Shown one piece after another: positions 10,037 to 19,274 of a stretch of 64,000 bases of DNA. Positions within the stretch are counted from its first letter, which is position 1. Each line of letters begins with the position of its first letter. The notes below the pieces were generated by a model. The model was not told the origin of the DNA. It searched no databases and was given only the letters and a program-made list of their open reading frames with translations. Both the position numbers and the translations under genes were made by a program. Location of the stretch: the sequence record DRR378314_1434; one strand, given 5' to 3'.

Positions 10037-13000
10037 ATGGCTAAGTATTTTATTGATCGCCCGGTATTCGCCTGGGTGATCGCCATCGTGATCATGCTGG
10101 CAGGAGCATTGTCAATCCTGCAGCTGCCGATTGAGCAATATCCGTCTATCGCGCCGCCCAAAGTGGAAATCAAGGCAACTTACCCCGGGGCATCTGCCCA
10201 GACGGTGGAAAACACCGTCACGCAGATCATTGAACAGGAAATGAACGGGCTGGATAACCTGCGCTATATTTCGTCAACCAGTGATGCGACTGGATCGGTC
10301 ACCATCAGCCTGACCTTTAACGCAGAGGCAGACCCTGACATCGCCCAGGTCCAGGTGCAGAATAAATTGCAGGCGGCGACGGCTTTGTTGCCAACGGAAG
10401 TTCAGCAACAGGGCATTACGGTTTCCAAATCCACCGGTACCTTCCTAATGGTTATCGGTTTTGTGTCCAACGAAGAAAATTTAAGCAGCGGGGACCTAGC
10501 CGACTTTGTGGTGACAACCATGCAGGATCCCATTGCCCGGGTTGATGGCGTTGGATCGGTTCGGGTGTTTGGCTCTCAGCATGCCATGCGGGTCTGGCTC
10601 GATCCCAACAAACTGGTGAGTTACAACCTGACGGTTGCGGATGTTAAGGGCGCCATTCAAGCTCAGAATACCGAGGTATCTGCGGGGCAGATCGGTGGAA
10701 CGCCGTCCGTTGAAGGCCAGCAGATCAATGCGACGATCACAGCCCAAAGCCGTCTTCAGACGACAGAGGAATTTGCCAATATCCTGCTTCGGGTCAACAC
10801 CGATGGATCGCAGATCCGTCTGGGCGATGTGGCTCGGGTGGAAATTGGCGCGGAGAGTTATGCAACGGCCGCCCGGTATAACGGGCAGGATGCTGTGGGC
10901 ATGGGGATTGATCTGGCAACAGGTGCGAATGCGCTCAATACAGCCGAGGCTGTGAAAAAGCGGGTCAGTGAACTGGAGCCGTTTTTCCCGGCCGGTGTTG
11001 AGGTGGTTTATCCCTACGATACCACGCCATTTGTAGAAATCTCCATTCAGGAAGTGGTGAAAACGCTTTTTGAGGCCGTCGGCCTTGTCTTTCTGGTGAT
11101 GCTCCTGTTCCTGCAAAATATTCGTGCGACGCTGATCCCAACCATTGCGGTTCCAGTTGTTTTGCTAGGCACGTTTGGCGTTTTGGCGGCGTTCGGGTTT
11201 TCCATCAATACGCTGACCATGTTTGCCATGGTGCTGGCCATCGGGTTGCTGGTGGATGATGCGATTGTTGTGGTTGAGAATGTGGAAAGGGTGATGGCCG
11301 AGGACGGGCTCTCGCCCCGGGAAGCCACGCGAAAATCAATGGGCCAGATTACCGGCGCCCTGATCGGGATCGCGCTGGTCCTGTCTGCGGTGTTTGTGCC
11401 CATGGCCTTTTTCCCGGGATCAACCGGTATTATTTATCGGCAGTTTTCGATCACCATCGTGTCCGCCATGGTCCTATCCGTGGTGGTGGCCGTTGTTTTG
11501 ACCCCGGCGCTATGTGCGACCATGTTGAAACCCGGTCACGGAAATTCCACAAGCAAACGGGGTTTCTTCGGGTGGTTCAACCGGGGTTTTGACTGGACGA
11601 CCCGCTTTTATCAGGGCAGCGTTCGCCATGTGGTGAACCGGAAAATCCGGTATCTGGTGGTTTACGGCATCATTGTTGGTGGTCTTGCCTTCATGTATAC
11701 CAAGCTGCCCTCCTCATTCCTGCCCAACGAGGATCAGGGGATCATGTTCTCCATGGTGCAACTGCCAGCCGGTGCGTCGCAGGAGCGAACCATCGACGTT
11801 CTCAAGAAAATCGAACGCCATTTCATGGAGGATGAGAAGGACACTGTTCGGGGTCTGTTTACCGTGGCAGGGTTCAGTTTTGCTGGAAGCGGGCAGAATG
11901 CGGGTATCGCCTTTATCAACCTGAAGGACTGGTCAGAACGGACCGAGCCCGGTCAGGACGTGCAGTCGGTTGTAGGGCGGGCGTATGGCGCGTTTAGCCA
12001 GATCCGCGAAGCTCAAGCCTTTGCCTTTGCACCGCCTGCAATCTTGCAGTTGGGCCGGGCAACCGGATTTGACATGCAGCTTGTGGATCGGGGTGGCATC
12101 GGTCATACCGCCTTGATGGCGGCGCGGAACCAGTTGTTGGGAATGGCCTCGCAAAACCCGCAGGTGGTTGGCGTGCGACCCAACGGGATGAACGACACCC
12201 CTCAGTTCAACATCAATATTGACCAGGAAAAAGCCAGTGCTCTTGGCGTTGCTATTGCCGACATCAATCAGACCCTGACCACGGCGTGGGGATCTTCCTA
12301 CGTCAATGATTTCATGGAAAAGGGCCGGGTGAAAAAGGTCTATATGCAGGCGGATGCACCCTATCGCATGATGCCCGAAGATCTGGAACACTGGTATGTG
12401 CGCAACAATTCGGGAGAGATGGTTCCGATTTCCGCCTTTGCCTCGACTGATTGGACATCTGGCTCCCCCCGGCTGGAGCGGTTTAACGGGCTTTCCTCGA
12501 TGAATATTCTGGGAGAACCAGCACCGGGTGTCAGTTCCGGCGAAGCAATGGCCGCGATTGAAGAAATGGTCAGCCAGTTACCTCCCGGCGTTGGCGTGGA
12601 GTGGACCGGGCTTTCCTATGAAGAGCGCGAAGCCGGCGATCAGGCCCCAGCCCTTTATGCCTTATCGATGGTTGTGGTGTTCCTCTGTCTGGCCGCGTTG
12701 TATGAAAGCTGGAGCATTCCGTTTTCAGTGATGATGGTTGTTCCTCTGGGCGTTCTTGGGGCAGTTGCCGCAGCGTTGCTTCGGGAATTGCCGGATGATG
12801 TTTACTTCCAGGTGGCGATCCTGACGACTATTGGTTTGTCGGCCAAGAATGCCATCCTGATCGTGGAGTTTGCCCGCGATCTCTATGAGGACGGCATGGA
12901 TCTTCTGGCGGCGACGGTTGAAGCCGCCCGTCAACGACTGCGCCCGATCGTCATGACCTCCATGGCCTTTACCTTGGGTGTATTGCCGCTGGCGGTCAGC

Positions 13001-13174
13001 TCTGGTGCAGGCGCGGGCGCCCGTGTCGCGGTGGGAACCGGTGTGATGGGCGGAACGATTGCAGCCACAGTGCTGGCGATTTTCTTCGTTCCGTTATTCT
13101 TTGCCCTTGTAGTCAACTTGCTGGGGCGCCGAAAGTCAGAAACCCCGAAGAAGGCTTCACAGCCGGCCGAATAG
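10037..13174 (+). CDS. acrB: RND efflux transporter permease (AcrB/MexB family)
   Basis: [44 protein letters not shown] and RLRPIVMTS; 1045 aa. Confidence 0.95.
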   Translation: MAKYFIDRPVFAWVIAIVIMLAGALSILQLPIEQYPSIAPPKVEIKATYPGASAQTVENTVTQIIEQEMNGLDNLRYISSTSDATGSVTISLTFNAEADPDIAQVQVQNKLQAATALLPTEVQQQGITVSKSTGTFLMVIGFVSNEENLSSGDLADFVVTTMQDPIARVDGVGSVRVFGSQHAMRVWLDPNKLVSYNLTVADVKGAIQAQNTEVSAGQIGGTPSVEGQQINATITAQSRLQTTEEFANILLRVNTDGSQIRLGDVARVEIGAESYATAARYNGQDAVGMGIDLATGANALNTAEAVKKRVSELEPFFPAGVEVVYPYDTTPFVEISIQEVVKTLFEAVGLVFLVMLLFLQNIRATLIPTIAVPVVLLGTFGVLAAFGFSINTLTMFAMVLAIGLLVDDAIVVVENVERVMAEDGLSPREATRKSMGQITGALIGIALVLSAVFVPMAFFPGSTGIIYRQFSITIVSAMVLSVVVAVVLTPALCATMLKPGHGNSTSKRGFFGWFNRGFDWTTRFYQGSVRHVVNRKIRYLVVYGIIVGGLAFMYTKLPSSFLPNEDQGIMFSMVQLPAGASQERTIDVLKKIERHFMEDEKDTVRGLFTVAGFSFAGSGQNAGIAFINLKDWSERTEPGQDVQSVVGRAYGAFSQIREAQAFAFAPPAILQLGRATGFDMQLVDRGGIGHTALMAARNQLLGMASQNPQVVGVRPNGMNDTPQFNINIDQEKASALGVAIADINQTLTTAWGSSYVNDFMEKGRVKKVYMQADAPYRMMPEDLEHWYVRNNSGEMVPISAFASTDWTSGSPRLERFNGLSSMNILGEPAPGVSSGEAMAAIEEMVSQLPPGVGVEWTGLSYEEREAGDQAPALYALSMVVVFLCLAALYESWSIPFSVMMVVPLGVLGAVAAALLRELPDDVYFQVAILTTIGLSAKNAILIVEFARDLYEDGMDLLAATVEAARQRLRPIVMTSMAFTLGVLPLAVSSGAGAGARVAVGTGVMGGTIAATVLAIFFVPLFFALVVNLLGRRKSETPKKASQPAE

Positions 13175-13194
13175 ATTAGGGCAGATCCGAACTG

Positions 13195-13226
13195 AAAAAG
13201 GCGCCGCTACCGTTGGCGCCTTTTTT
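13195..13226. terminator. Bidirectional intrinsic terminator between convergent acrB and tonB
   Basis: aaaaaggcgcc-gctaccgtt-ggcgcctttttt. Confidence 0.85.
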
Positions 13227-14367
13227 AATTGGAGAGAGAAAATTCCACGGGAATGACAAATTCGAGGATCTGACCTTCCATATCCTTGGGAAAGGGCGGT
13301 AGGGGATCTGAGTCCATCAACATCCGGATTGTTGCCTTGTCCAGACTGGAAACGCCGGAGACTTTCTCAATCGAATGGGCGAGGACCTTGCCGTCCCGGT
13401 TTATGGAGAAGGCCAGGGTCACAACGCCTTGCTGGCGGCGGCGCTTGGCTTTCTTGGGATAGTTTTTATGTTGTTCCAGCCATTCGCGGATCTTGGTGAT
13501 ATAGCTGGGTGGTGCTTGCCCGACTAGTCGGCCACCCCCAACGGCATCCTGCGTATCAACGGCATTACCGGTTGGGGCGTTTGTAACCAAGCCTTCGCTG
13601 ACCCTGTTCCGGGGCGCGGATGTCGTGCTCACCTCACTAAGTGGTTTTGTGGCGTCTTTGGGTGAAGGGTCGGCGGCGGGTGTCGCCTCCACCAGTTTGG
13701 CGGGCTCTGGTTTAGATTTCGATTCAGGTTTGGGTTCGGGCTTGGGTTTAGGTTTTTGAGCCTCCGCGAGTTTAACCTTTGGGGGGCGGGGTTTGGGCGT
13801 TGGAATGGGCCTCGGACTTTCCACCGTTTCAGGTTCCGGTTTTGGTTTTACGGGCTCAACCACCTCTTTCATTTCAACGGGTGGGGTCTCTTCTGCCAGC
13901 TCAGCAATTTCTGCAGGTTCGACTATTTCAAGCGGCTTAACCGGCGTTACCTCTTCTACGATGGGTTCCGGCTCGATCAGTTCCGGCCGAGTGGCCTCGG
14001 GCTCATTAGGCTCTGCGATAATGGGCTCAGGTTCGACCGGATCCTCGGGCTCTATTTCAGCGACTTCAGGTTCCGACTTCACCGGTGGTTCGGAGTTGTC
14101 TTCGGCAATTTCCGGCTTCTCAACTTTCGGATCGAGGTTTTTATCCAGAACTTCCTCATCTATGGGATCATCAGTAATTTCTTCATCCAGTCCGGACTGA
14201 TCGCTACCGGTTGCCGCCATTTGCATATTGAGGGAAACTTCAAAACCCCCCCTACCAAGGGCGCGGGCACCATCGGTTTTGTCTTCATTGAAAACGGCAT
14301 AGATGGCGGCTCCATGAAGAAGTAGAGACAAACACCCTGCGATCATCCAGTGGTACCAGCGTAGCAT
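13225..14367 (-). CDS. tonB: Energy transducer TonB
   Basis: N-terminal TM with SLLLH, a long Glu/Pro then Lys/Pro linker, and a C-terminal YPKKAKRRRQQGVV..F.I...G domain. Confidence 0.9.
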   Translation of the reverse strand: MLRWYHWMIAGCLSLLLHGAAIYAVFNEDKTDGARALGRGGFEVSLNMQMAATGSDQSGLDEEITDDPIDEEVLDKNLDPKVEKPEIAEDNSEPPVKSEPEVAEIEPEDPVEPEPIIAEPNEPEATRPELIEPEPIVEEVTPVKPLEIVEPAEIAELAEETPPVEMKEVVEPVKPKPEPETVESPRPIPTPKPRPPKVKLAEAQKPKPKPEPKPESKSKPEPAKLVEATPAADPSPKDATKPLSEVSTTSAPRNRVSEGLVTNAPTGNAVDTQDAVGGGRLVGQAPPSYITKIREWLEQHKNYPKKAKRRRQQGVVTLAFSINRDGKVLAHSIEKVSGVSSLDKATIRMLMDSDPLPPFPKDMEGQILEFVIPVEFSLSN

Positions 14368-14789
14368 CAGCTCTCTGCCACTTCATGGGTGAAGATATGC
14401 ACTTTTTCCAGATTGAGCTGTCGAAGTTCGGCGAGAAAAGCCATCAAATCCGGCGCCGGATAGGCTTGATCGACCTTCAATTGAAAAGCGGTTTGAGGAT
14501 CCGCAGTGAAGAGAGTTTTGATTTCCGTCAGTAATCCGGCTTTATCGTAGGCTTGATCATTTAAGGCATATTGATCGCCAATGCCGATATAAATGAGGAC
14601 CTCAGGGCTCTCGATTTGCAGCTGTGACAGAGATTTCGGAGGCGCCAGTTCAAACGGATCAGAGCGGGTCAGCTGCCCGGCAATCATAAAAAATATCAAC
14701 AGCAGAAACACCACGTTAATCAGCGGAAGAATATGCGCTTCTGATTGTTTAGGTGGGCGATTTCGGGTCCGTTGGCGCAGTGACGGCAT
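14367..14789 (-). CDS. exbD: ExbD/TolR family protein
   Basis: ILPLINVVFLLLIFFM TM motif (Asn at the usual Asp position). Confidence 0.85.
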   Translation of the reverse strand: MPSLRQRTRNRPPKQSEAHILPLINVVFLLLIFFMIAGQLTRSDPFELAPPKSLSQLQIESPEVLIYIGIGDQYALNDQAYDKAGLLTEIKTLFTADPQTAFQLKVDQAYPAPDLMAFLAELRQLNLEKVHIFTHEVAES

Positions 14790-14793
14790 AGTC

Positions 14794-15204
14794 TTATTTC
14801 CCCGCCACAGATGCTATCAGGCGAATGTCTGTGACATGGACCAGGGCCGCTAGATCCATGAATGCGACCACATCCTGCACGGTTGCCGTGTCGGCAGTTT
14901 TGACCAGAACCGGCTGACCCGGTGCCGAATTGAGCAGGCGGCTCAGACCAGCCATATCAACTGTCTCTCCGTTCACGGCAAAAGTCTCGTTGCCCTGAAT
15001 TTCCAGCTTGATTATCTCTTGGTTGCTTGCCTGTCCATTGCTTTTTTGCAAGGACGGTGTGGACAGTTCAATACTGCGTTCCTTGGCGAAGTTGGATGCG
15101 AGCATGAAAAAGACAAGCAGAATAAAGACAACATCGATCAGTGGTGTCAGACTGATCTGGGCCCTATGTCGTTTTTTCGTATATTGCTCGGTCAGGCTGC
15201 GCAC
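14794..15204 (-). CDS. exbD: ExbD/TolR family protein
   Basis: ISLTPLIDVVFILLVFFML motif; GTG start. Confidence 0.88.
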   Translation of the reverse strand: MRSLTEQYTKKRHRAQISLTPLIDVVFILLVFFMLASNFAKERSIELSTPSLQKSNGQASNQEIIKLEIQGNETFAVNGETVDMAGLSRLLNSAPGQPVLVKTADTATVQDVVAFMDLAALVHVTDIRLIASVAGK

Positions 15205-15212
15205 GAAAACCC

Positions 15213-15866
15213 TCAGCTATTGGATGTTGCGCGGTCTTCGATGAAGATCCGCTGGATCAGGTCATCCAGATTGTTGGTCAACCGTTCGATACGGCTATCC
15301 AGAAAATTATGAACGGCAACTGTTGGCATGGCAACGGCGAGGCCAGCAGCGGTTGTTAAAAGTGCGACCCAGATCCCTCCTGAAAGAATAGAGGGATCGA
15401 CCTGATTTCCCGCCTGCTCAAGTGCCTGAAAAGCATTGATCATGCCAAGGACAGTGCCAAACAGGCCAAGCAACGGGGCCAGAGATCCGACCAGTTCCAG
15501 GAATCGAAGCAGGCCTTGTAAATTTTCGACCCGCGCCCCGGCGTCCAGAAGAACTTCGTCTTTGACGGCATCTGAGGGGAAGCGGTTCTCTTTCAAGCCA
15601 AGCAGGGCCTTGAAGACCAAACGGCTTCGAATATCGGTTTTTGTTGCAACGGCGGCTATGGCTTCATCCAGTTTTCCCTGACGGAACAGCTTCACGGCCT
15701 GGGCCGCGCGGCTTCCGTTAAAGACACCAGCCTTCATGAATTGCCCGATTTTGATCAGGGTCACGGTTGTGACAGCGATGGAGAGCAGGGCCAACAGATA
15801 AACAACCGTTCCGCCCGCATCCATCAGATCCAGCAGCTGTTGCAAATTTGGAAAGGTTTCGGTCAT
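15213..15866 (-). CDS. exbB: MotA/TolQ/ExbB proton channel protein
   Basis: APLLGLFGTVLGMINAF and GIWVALLTTAAGLAVAMP motifs. Confidence 0.9.
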   Translation of the reverse strand: MTETFPNLQQLLDLMDAGGTVVYLLALLSIAVTTVTLIKIGQFMKAGVFNGSRAAQAVKLFRQGKLDEAIAAVATKTDIRSRLVFKALLGLKENRFPSDAVKDEVLLDAGARVENLQGLLRFLELVGSLAPLLGLFGTVLGMINAFQALEQAGNQVDPSILSGGIWVALLTTAAGLAVAMPTVAVHNFLDSRIERLTNNLDDLIQRIFIEDRATSNS

Positions 15867-15878
15867 TTGTGCTTTCTC

Positions 15879-16178
15879 TTATTTATCGGGATAAGGCCCG
15901 CTTACCCAGTCGAGGTTGATGTCTTCGCGCCAGGCAAACTTTACGAGATGCTGGTCAATAATCGATTGTATGACCTTCACGCCTTCCTCGCTTTGTGACT
16001 GGCATTTAATCACTAATGTCTGATCATCTGCGTTCATATGGCAAGGGCCAGGTGGGAAGGCGACGGACGCTTCAGTATCGTCATAGTCGACTTCAACTTT
16101 ATGTGCAAAATGTTTGCACATTTGCTTTAGATATTTGCTGGCGTTTTCCGTTTTTACCAGAACATGGGAATGTGGCAC
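15879..16178 (-). CDS. DUF2218 domain protein (iron-uptake associated)
   Basis: TENASKYLKQMCKHFAHK and IDQHLVKFAWRE motifs typical of DUF2218. Confidence 0.8.
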   Translation of the reverse strand: MPHSHVLVKTENASKYLKQMCKHFAHKVEVDYDDTEASVAFPPGPCHMNADDQTLVIKCQSQSEEGVKVIQSIIDQHLVKFAWREDINLDWVSGPYPDK

Positions 16179-16204
16179 AGGTTTCTCTCTTTCTCTTTCT
16201 TAGC

Positions 16205-16990
16205 TCAGATATGATTTTGGGACGGCAGAACCCCGTCTGCAATGACGAACGGGTTCCCGTTGGAGCAAAGCTCCACCCGGCCTTCAACTCCGTAGGCCAG
16301 GCTCAGGTTCTCAGGGTTCATCACTTCCAGCGGGCTGCCAGCGGCAAGGAGTTTGCCGTTCGCCAGAAGTAAAAGGCCATCACAGTGGCGCAGGGCCAGG
16401 TTGATGTCATGGATCGCCATCAGGCAAATCCCTCCACTTTCGCGAACTATGGAGGAGACGATTTGAAAAACCCGCAATTGCCAATTGAGATCCAGGGCAC
16501 TGGTCGGCTCGTCCAAAAGCAGCAGTTGGGGTTTTCGGGCAATGACCTGGGCAAGCCCAACCAGTTGCCGCTGCCCACCGGACATGGTGTTAAGCTGTTC
16601 AAACGCGAGATGGCGGATGGCCAGACGATCAAAGATATCTTCTGCCAGCGCTTCGATGCCCTGAGAAGTATGCGTTGTGTTGACGGCCCGAATGGCACTG
16701 ATCACCGCCTCATAGGCAACAAGGCTGGTTGGTTGGGGCAGGGTTTGGGGTAGGTAGCTGACCGTCTGGCTGCGTTTTGAGTGGGGCAGGCTGGATAATA
16801 CTGTGCCGTTGAAACGCGCTTGTCCCTGATAGGATTGCAAGCCCGCAATCGCCCGAAGCAGAGATGATTTTCCAACCCCGTTGGCCCCCAATAGGCCGAT
16901 CAGGGTCCCGGGCTTGATACCAGGATAGGAAATCTCGCTTAATACGGACTTGTTTCGATAAGACAGGGCGATATCGTCTAAAGAAAGCAT
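16205..16990 (-). CDS. Iron-siderophore ABC transporter ATP-binding protein (FecE/FhuC-like)
   Basis: GANGVGKSS, YLPQ, MSGGQRQ, LLDEPTSALD, HDINLA. Confidence 0.9.
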   Translation of the reverse strand: MLSLDDIALSYRNKSVLSEISYPGIKPGTLIGLLGANGVGKSSLLRAIAGLQSYQGQARFNGTVLSSLPHSKRSQTVSYLPQTLPQPTSLVAYEAVISAIRAVNTTHTSQGIEALAEDIFDRLAIRHLAFEQLNTMSGGQRQLVGLAQVIARKPQLLLLDEPTSALDLNWQLRVFQIVSSIVRESGGICLMAIHDINLALRHCDGLLLLANGKLLAAGSPLEVMNPENLSLAYGVEGRVELCSNGNPFVIADGVLPSQNHI

Positions 16991-18045
16991 TACAGTCCCT
17001 TTCGCTTCTGGTTGATCAAAAGGACCAAAAACAGCGGTATTCCAATCAGGGCGGTGACAATCCCGTCGGGGATCAAGATCCCGGGGATCAGGCTTTTGCT
17101 CAAGATGGAAGCACCGCCCAGAATAATGGCGCCGGCAAAAGCGGCACCAGGTAAATAAAAGCGGTGATCCTCCCCAAAGGCGAGGCGGGAGATATGAGGG
17201 CCAACCAGGCCAACAAACCCAATGACCCCGGTAAAGGAGACCGCTGCGGCCGTAAGCACACTGACCCTGAGAAGCACCATAAGGCGCAGACGCTCCACCG
17301 AGACGCCGTAACTTTTGGCATACTCCTCACCAGCCCGCAGCGCGGTCATTTTCCACATATTGCGAATGGAGAAGGGAACGCAAACGGCAAAAACCACCGC
17401 GATAATCGCCACTTTTTCCCAGGACGCGCGGGCCAGACTTCCCATGGTCCAAAAGACTATTTGTTGCAAGCTGTCTGAATCTGCGATGAATTGAGATAGA
17501 GAGATCAGCGCCTGCAAGGCGAAAACCATGGCAATACCGAACAGAATAACGGTGTCCACGGTTGCTCCAAAAAAGCGGGACACGGCAAGTAGCAGCAGGA
17601 TCGCAGAAACAGCGCCGAAAAAGGCGAAGACCGGGATGACATAATTTTGCGAAATACCGAAGGGAGCGACCTGCAGCAGGATCGCGATTGAAGCCCCGAG
17701 GGTTGCAGCATAGAGGACGCCAAGGGTGGACGGGCTGGCAAGCGGGTTGTTCAGGACCGTTTGCATTTCCGCTCCTGCCAAACCCAGACAGGCACCAACC
17801 AGAATAGCCATCAGGGAATATGGCAGGCGGAACTGCCAGATGATTGTTCGATTGGCCCGGTCCAGGCTTTGCGGATCAAGAATTCCCTTGATCACATCCA
17901 TCAAACCGAGGCCCGCCGGACCCGTGACAATATTGTACAGGACCAGCAGGATGATGGTCAAAAGGAAGGCCGCCACCCAAAGGTATCGGCGAAAGGCAAA
18001 CTGGCGATATTGATTGGCCAGGGATTTAGGGGGAAGCTCAGACAT
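16990..18045 (-). CDS. FecCD family iron ABC transporter permease
   Basis: RLPYSLMAILVGA, QTVLNNPLASP, FWTMGSL and GVIGFVGLVGPH. Confidence 0.92.
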   Translation of the reverse strand: MSELPPKSLANQYRQFAFRRYLWVAAFLLTIILLVLYNIVTGPAGLGLMDVIKGILDPQSLDRANRTIIWQFRLPYSLMAILVGACLGLAGAEMQTVLNNPLASPSTLGVLYAATLGASIAILLQVAPFGISQNYVIPVFAFFGAVSAILLLLAVSRFFGATVDTVILFGIAMVFALQALISLSQFIADSDSLQQIVFWTMGSLARASWEKVAIIAVVFAVCVPFSIRNMWKMTALRAGEEYAKSYGVSVERLRLMVLLRVSVLTAAAVSFTGVIGFVGLVGPHISRLAFGEDHRFYLPGAAFAGAIILGGASILSKSLIPGILIPDGIVTALIGIPLFLVLLINQKRKGL

Positions 18046-18061
18046 TTGGGTGGGTAGTCCC

Positions 18062-19198
18062 TTATTCGGTCACACTGATCCAATATATACCGTCCAGTGG
18101 CACAGGCTGGAAGCGGTCAAAATAGGTTTCAAGTGTTTGATGTGGATCCAGATCTTTAAACAGGTCTGGATGCAGCCATTTCGCCATGATCTGAACAGCG
18201 GCGACATTCATCGGTGTGTTGTAGAAATGATGCCAGATTGCGTGGGCTTTTCGGTCCTGAACAGCGCTCAGACTGCTAAGTTCCTGACGTTTGAGTGAGT
18301 TTTGCAGGCTCTGAATTGCGGCAGTCTTTGTTGTGCCGACGCCAAGGGTGAGGAATTTTGGAAACTTATCTGTGTTGGCACTGTTGCCGATCGCTGTGCC
18401 GATGTAGACATCCGGCTGATTGACCAGCAGATATTCCCGGTCAATACTGCCGTGAGTGCCGGGAATTTTATCGCCATAGGCATTGATGCCCCCTGCCCAG
18501 TCGATAAACCGTCCCATCATTGCCTGTCCCATCGCTTCGCAGCATTGGGGCATTAGACCAACCCGGCTTTCCATGAAGACAGTGGGCCGGTCCTTGATCG
18601 CGTCCACTTTCGTGGCAACCCGATCCAGTTCGCCTTGATAAAATTCGATGAACTCTGCGGCTTCTTTTTCCCGGCCCAAAACTTTGCCCAGCAGGGTCAT
18701 GCTTTTGGGGGTATTGACCAAAGGATCAATGCGAAAATCGATGATCACCACCGGTATTCCGGCATCGGCAAACTGATCAAGAATTGTTTTGCTTTTGTTA
18801 TTGGGCCCATGTCCGCTGCCGAGCCCAAAAATGGCCACATCGGGCCGAATGGCCAGGCTTGTTTCGACGTTAAACGTAGCGGCGCCGCTGCTGCCGATTA
18901 AGGGAATTTCCTCAATCTGCGGGAATTTCTGGGCATATTGAGCATAAGTCGTGGGATCCAGTTTTTTGAACTCTCCCATCATACCGACAACACGGCGGGC
19001 AGGGTCCTGGCGATCCAGAATGCCGATGGTGGGCAGGAACCGCCCTTCGCCGAGCACCATGGTTTTCACAGGGACCTCGAGGGTGACGTCGCGCCCGGAA
19101 ATATCTTTAACGGTAATCGTTTCAGCCGCAAAAGCAGGTGATTCCAAGCTGCACAAAAGCGCGATCATTGCGAGTTTGCAGATAAAGAATTTTTTCAT
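18062..19198 (-). CDS. Iron-siderophore ABC transporter periplasmic binding protein
   Basis: Signal peptide ending in AFA, TVKDISGRDV, and C-terminal AIWHHFYN...AKWLHPDLFKDLDP. The ORF extends to 19246, but the MKKFF start at 19198 is preferred. Confidence 0.88.
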   Translation of the reverse strand: MKKFFICKLAMIALLCSLESPAFAAETITVKDISGRDVTLEVPVKTMVLGEGRFLPTIGILDRQDPARRVVGMMGEFKKLDPTTYAQYAQKFPQIEEIPLIGSSGAATFNVETSLAIRPDVAIFGLGSGHGPNNKSKTILDQFADAGIPVVIIDFRIDPLVNTPKSMTLLGKVLGREKEAAEFIEFYQGELDRVATKVDAIKDRPTVFMESRVGLMPQCCEAMGQAMMGRFIDWAGGINAYGDKIPGTHGSIDREYLLVNQPDVYIGTAIGNSANTDKFPKFLTLGVGTTKTAAIQSLQNSLKRQELSSLSAVQDRKAHAIWHHFYNTPMNVAAVQIMAKWLHPDLFKDLDPHQTLETYFDRFQPVPLDGIYWISVTE

Positions 19199-19274
19199 GA
19201 GCTTCAGGTTCCAAAATGCAAAGTGGAAGGCATAAGCCTTCCACATAAATAACCAGAGTTAAATCGCTTTCCTT

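Noticed and set aside
13700..14120. Short repeated GGTTC/GGCTC units suggesting a repeat array
   Set aside because: They encode the Glu-Pro/Lys-Pro linker of TonB; there is no constant repeat-spacer structure, so this is not CRISPR.
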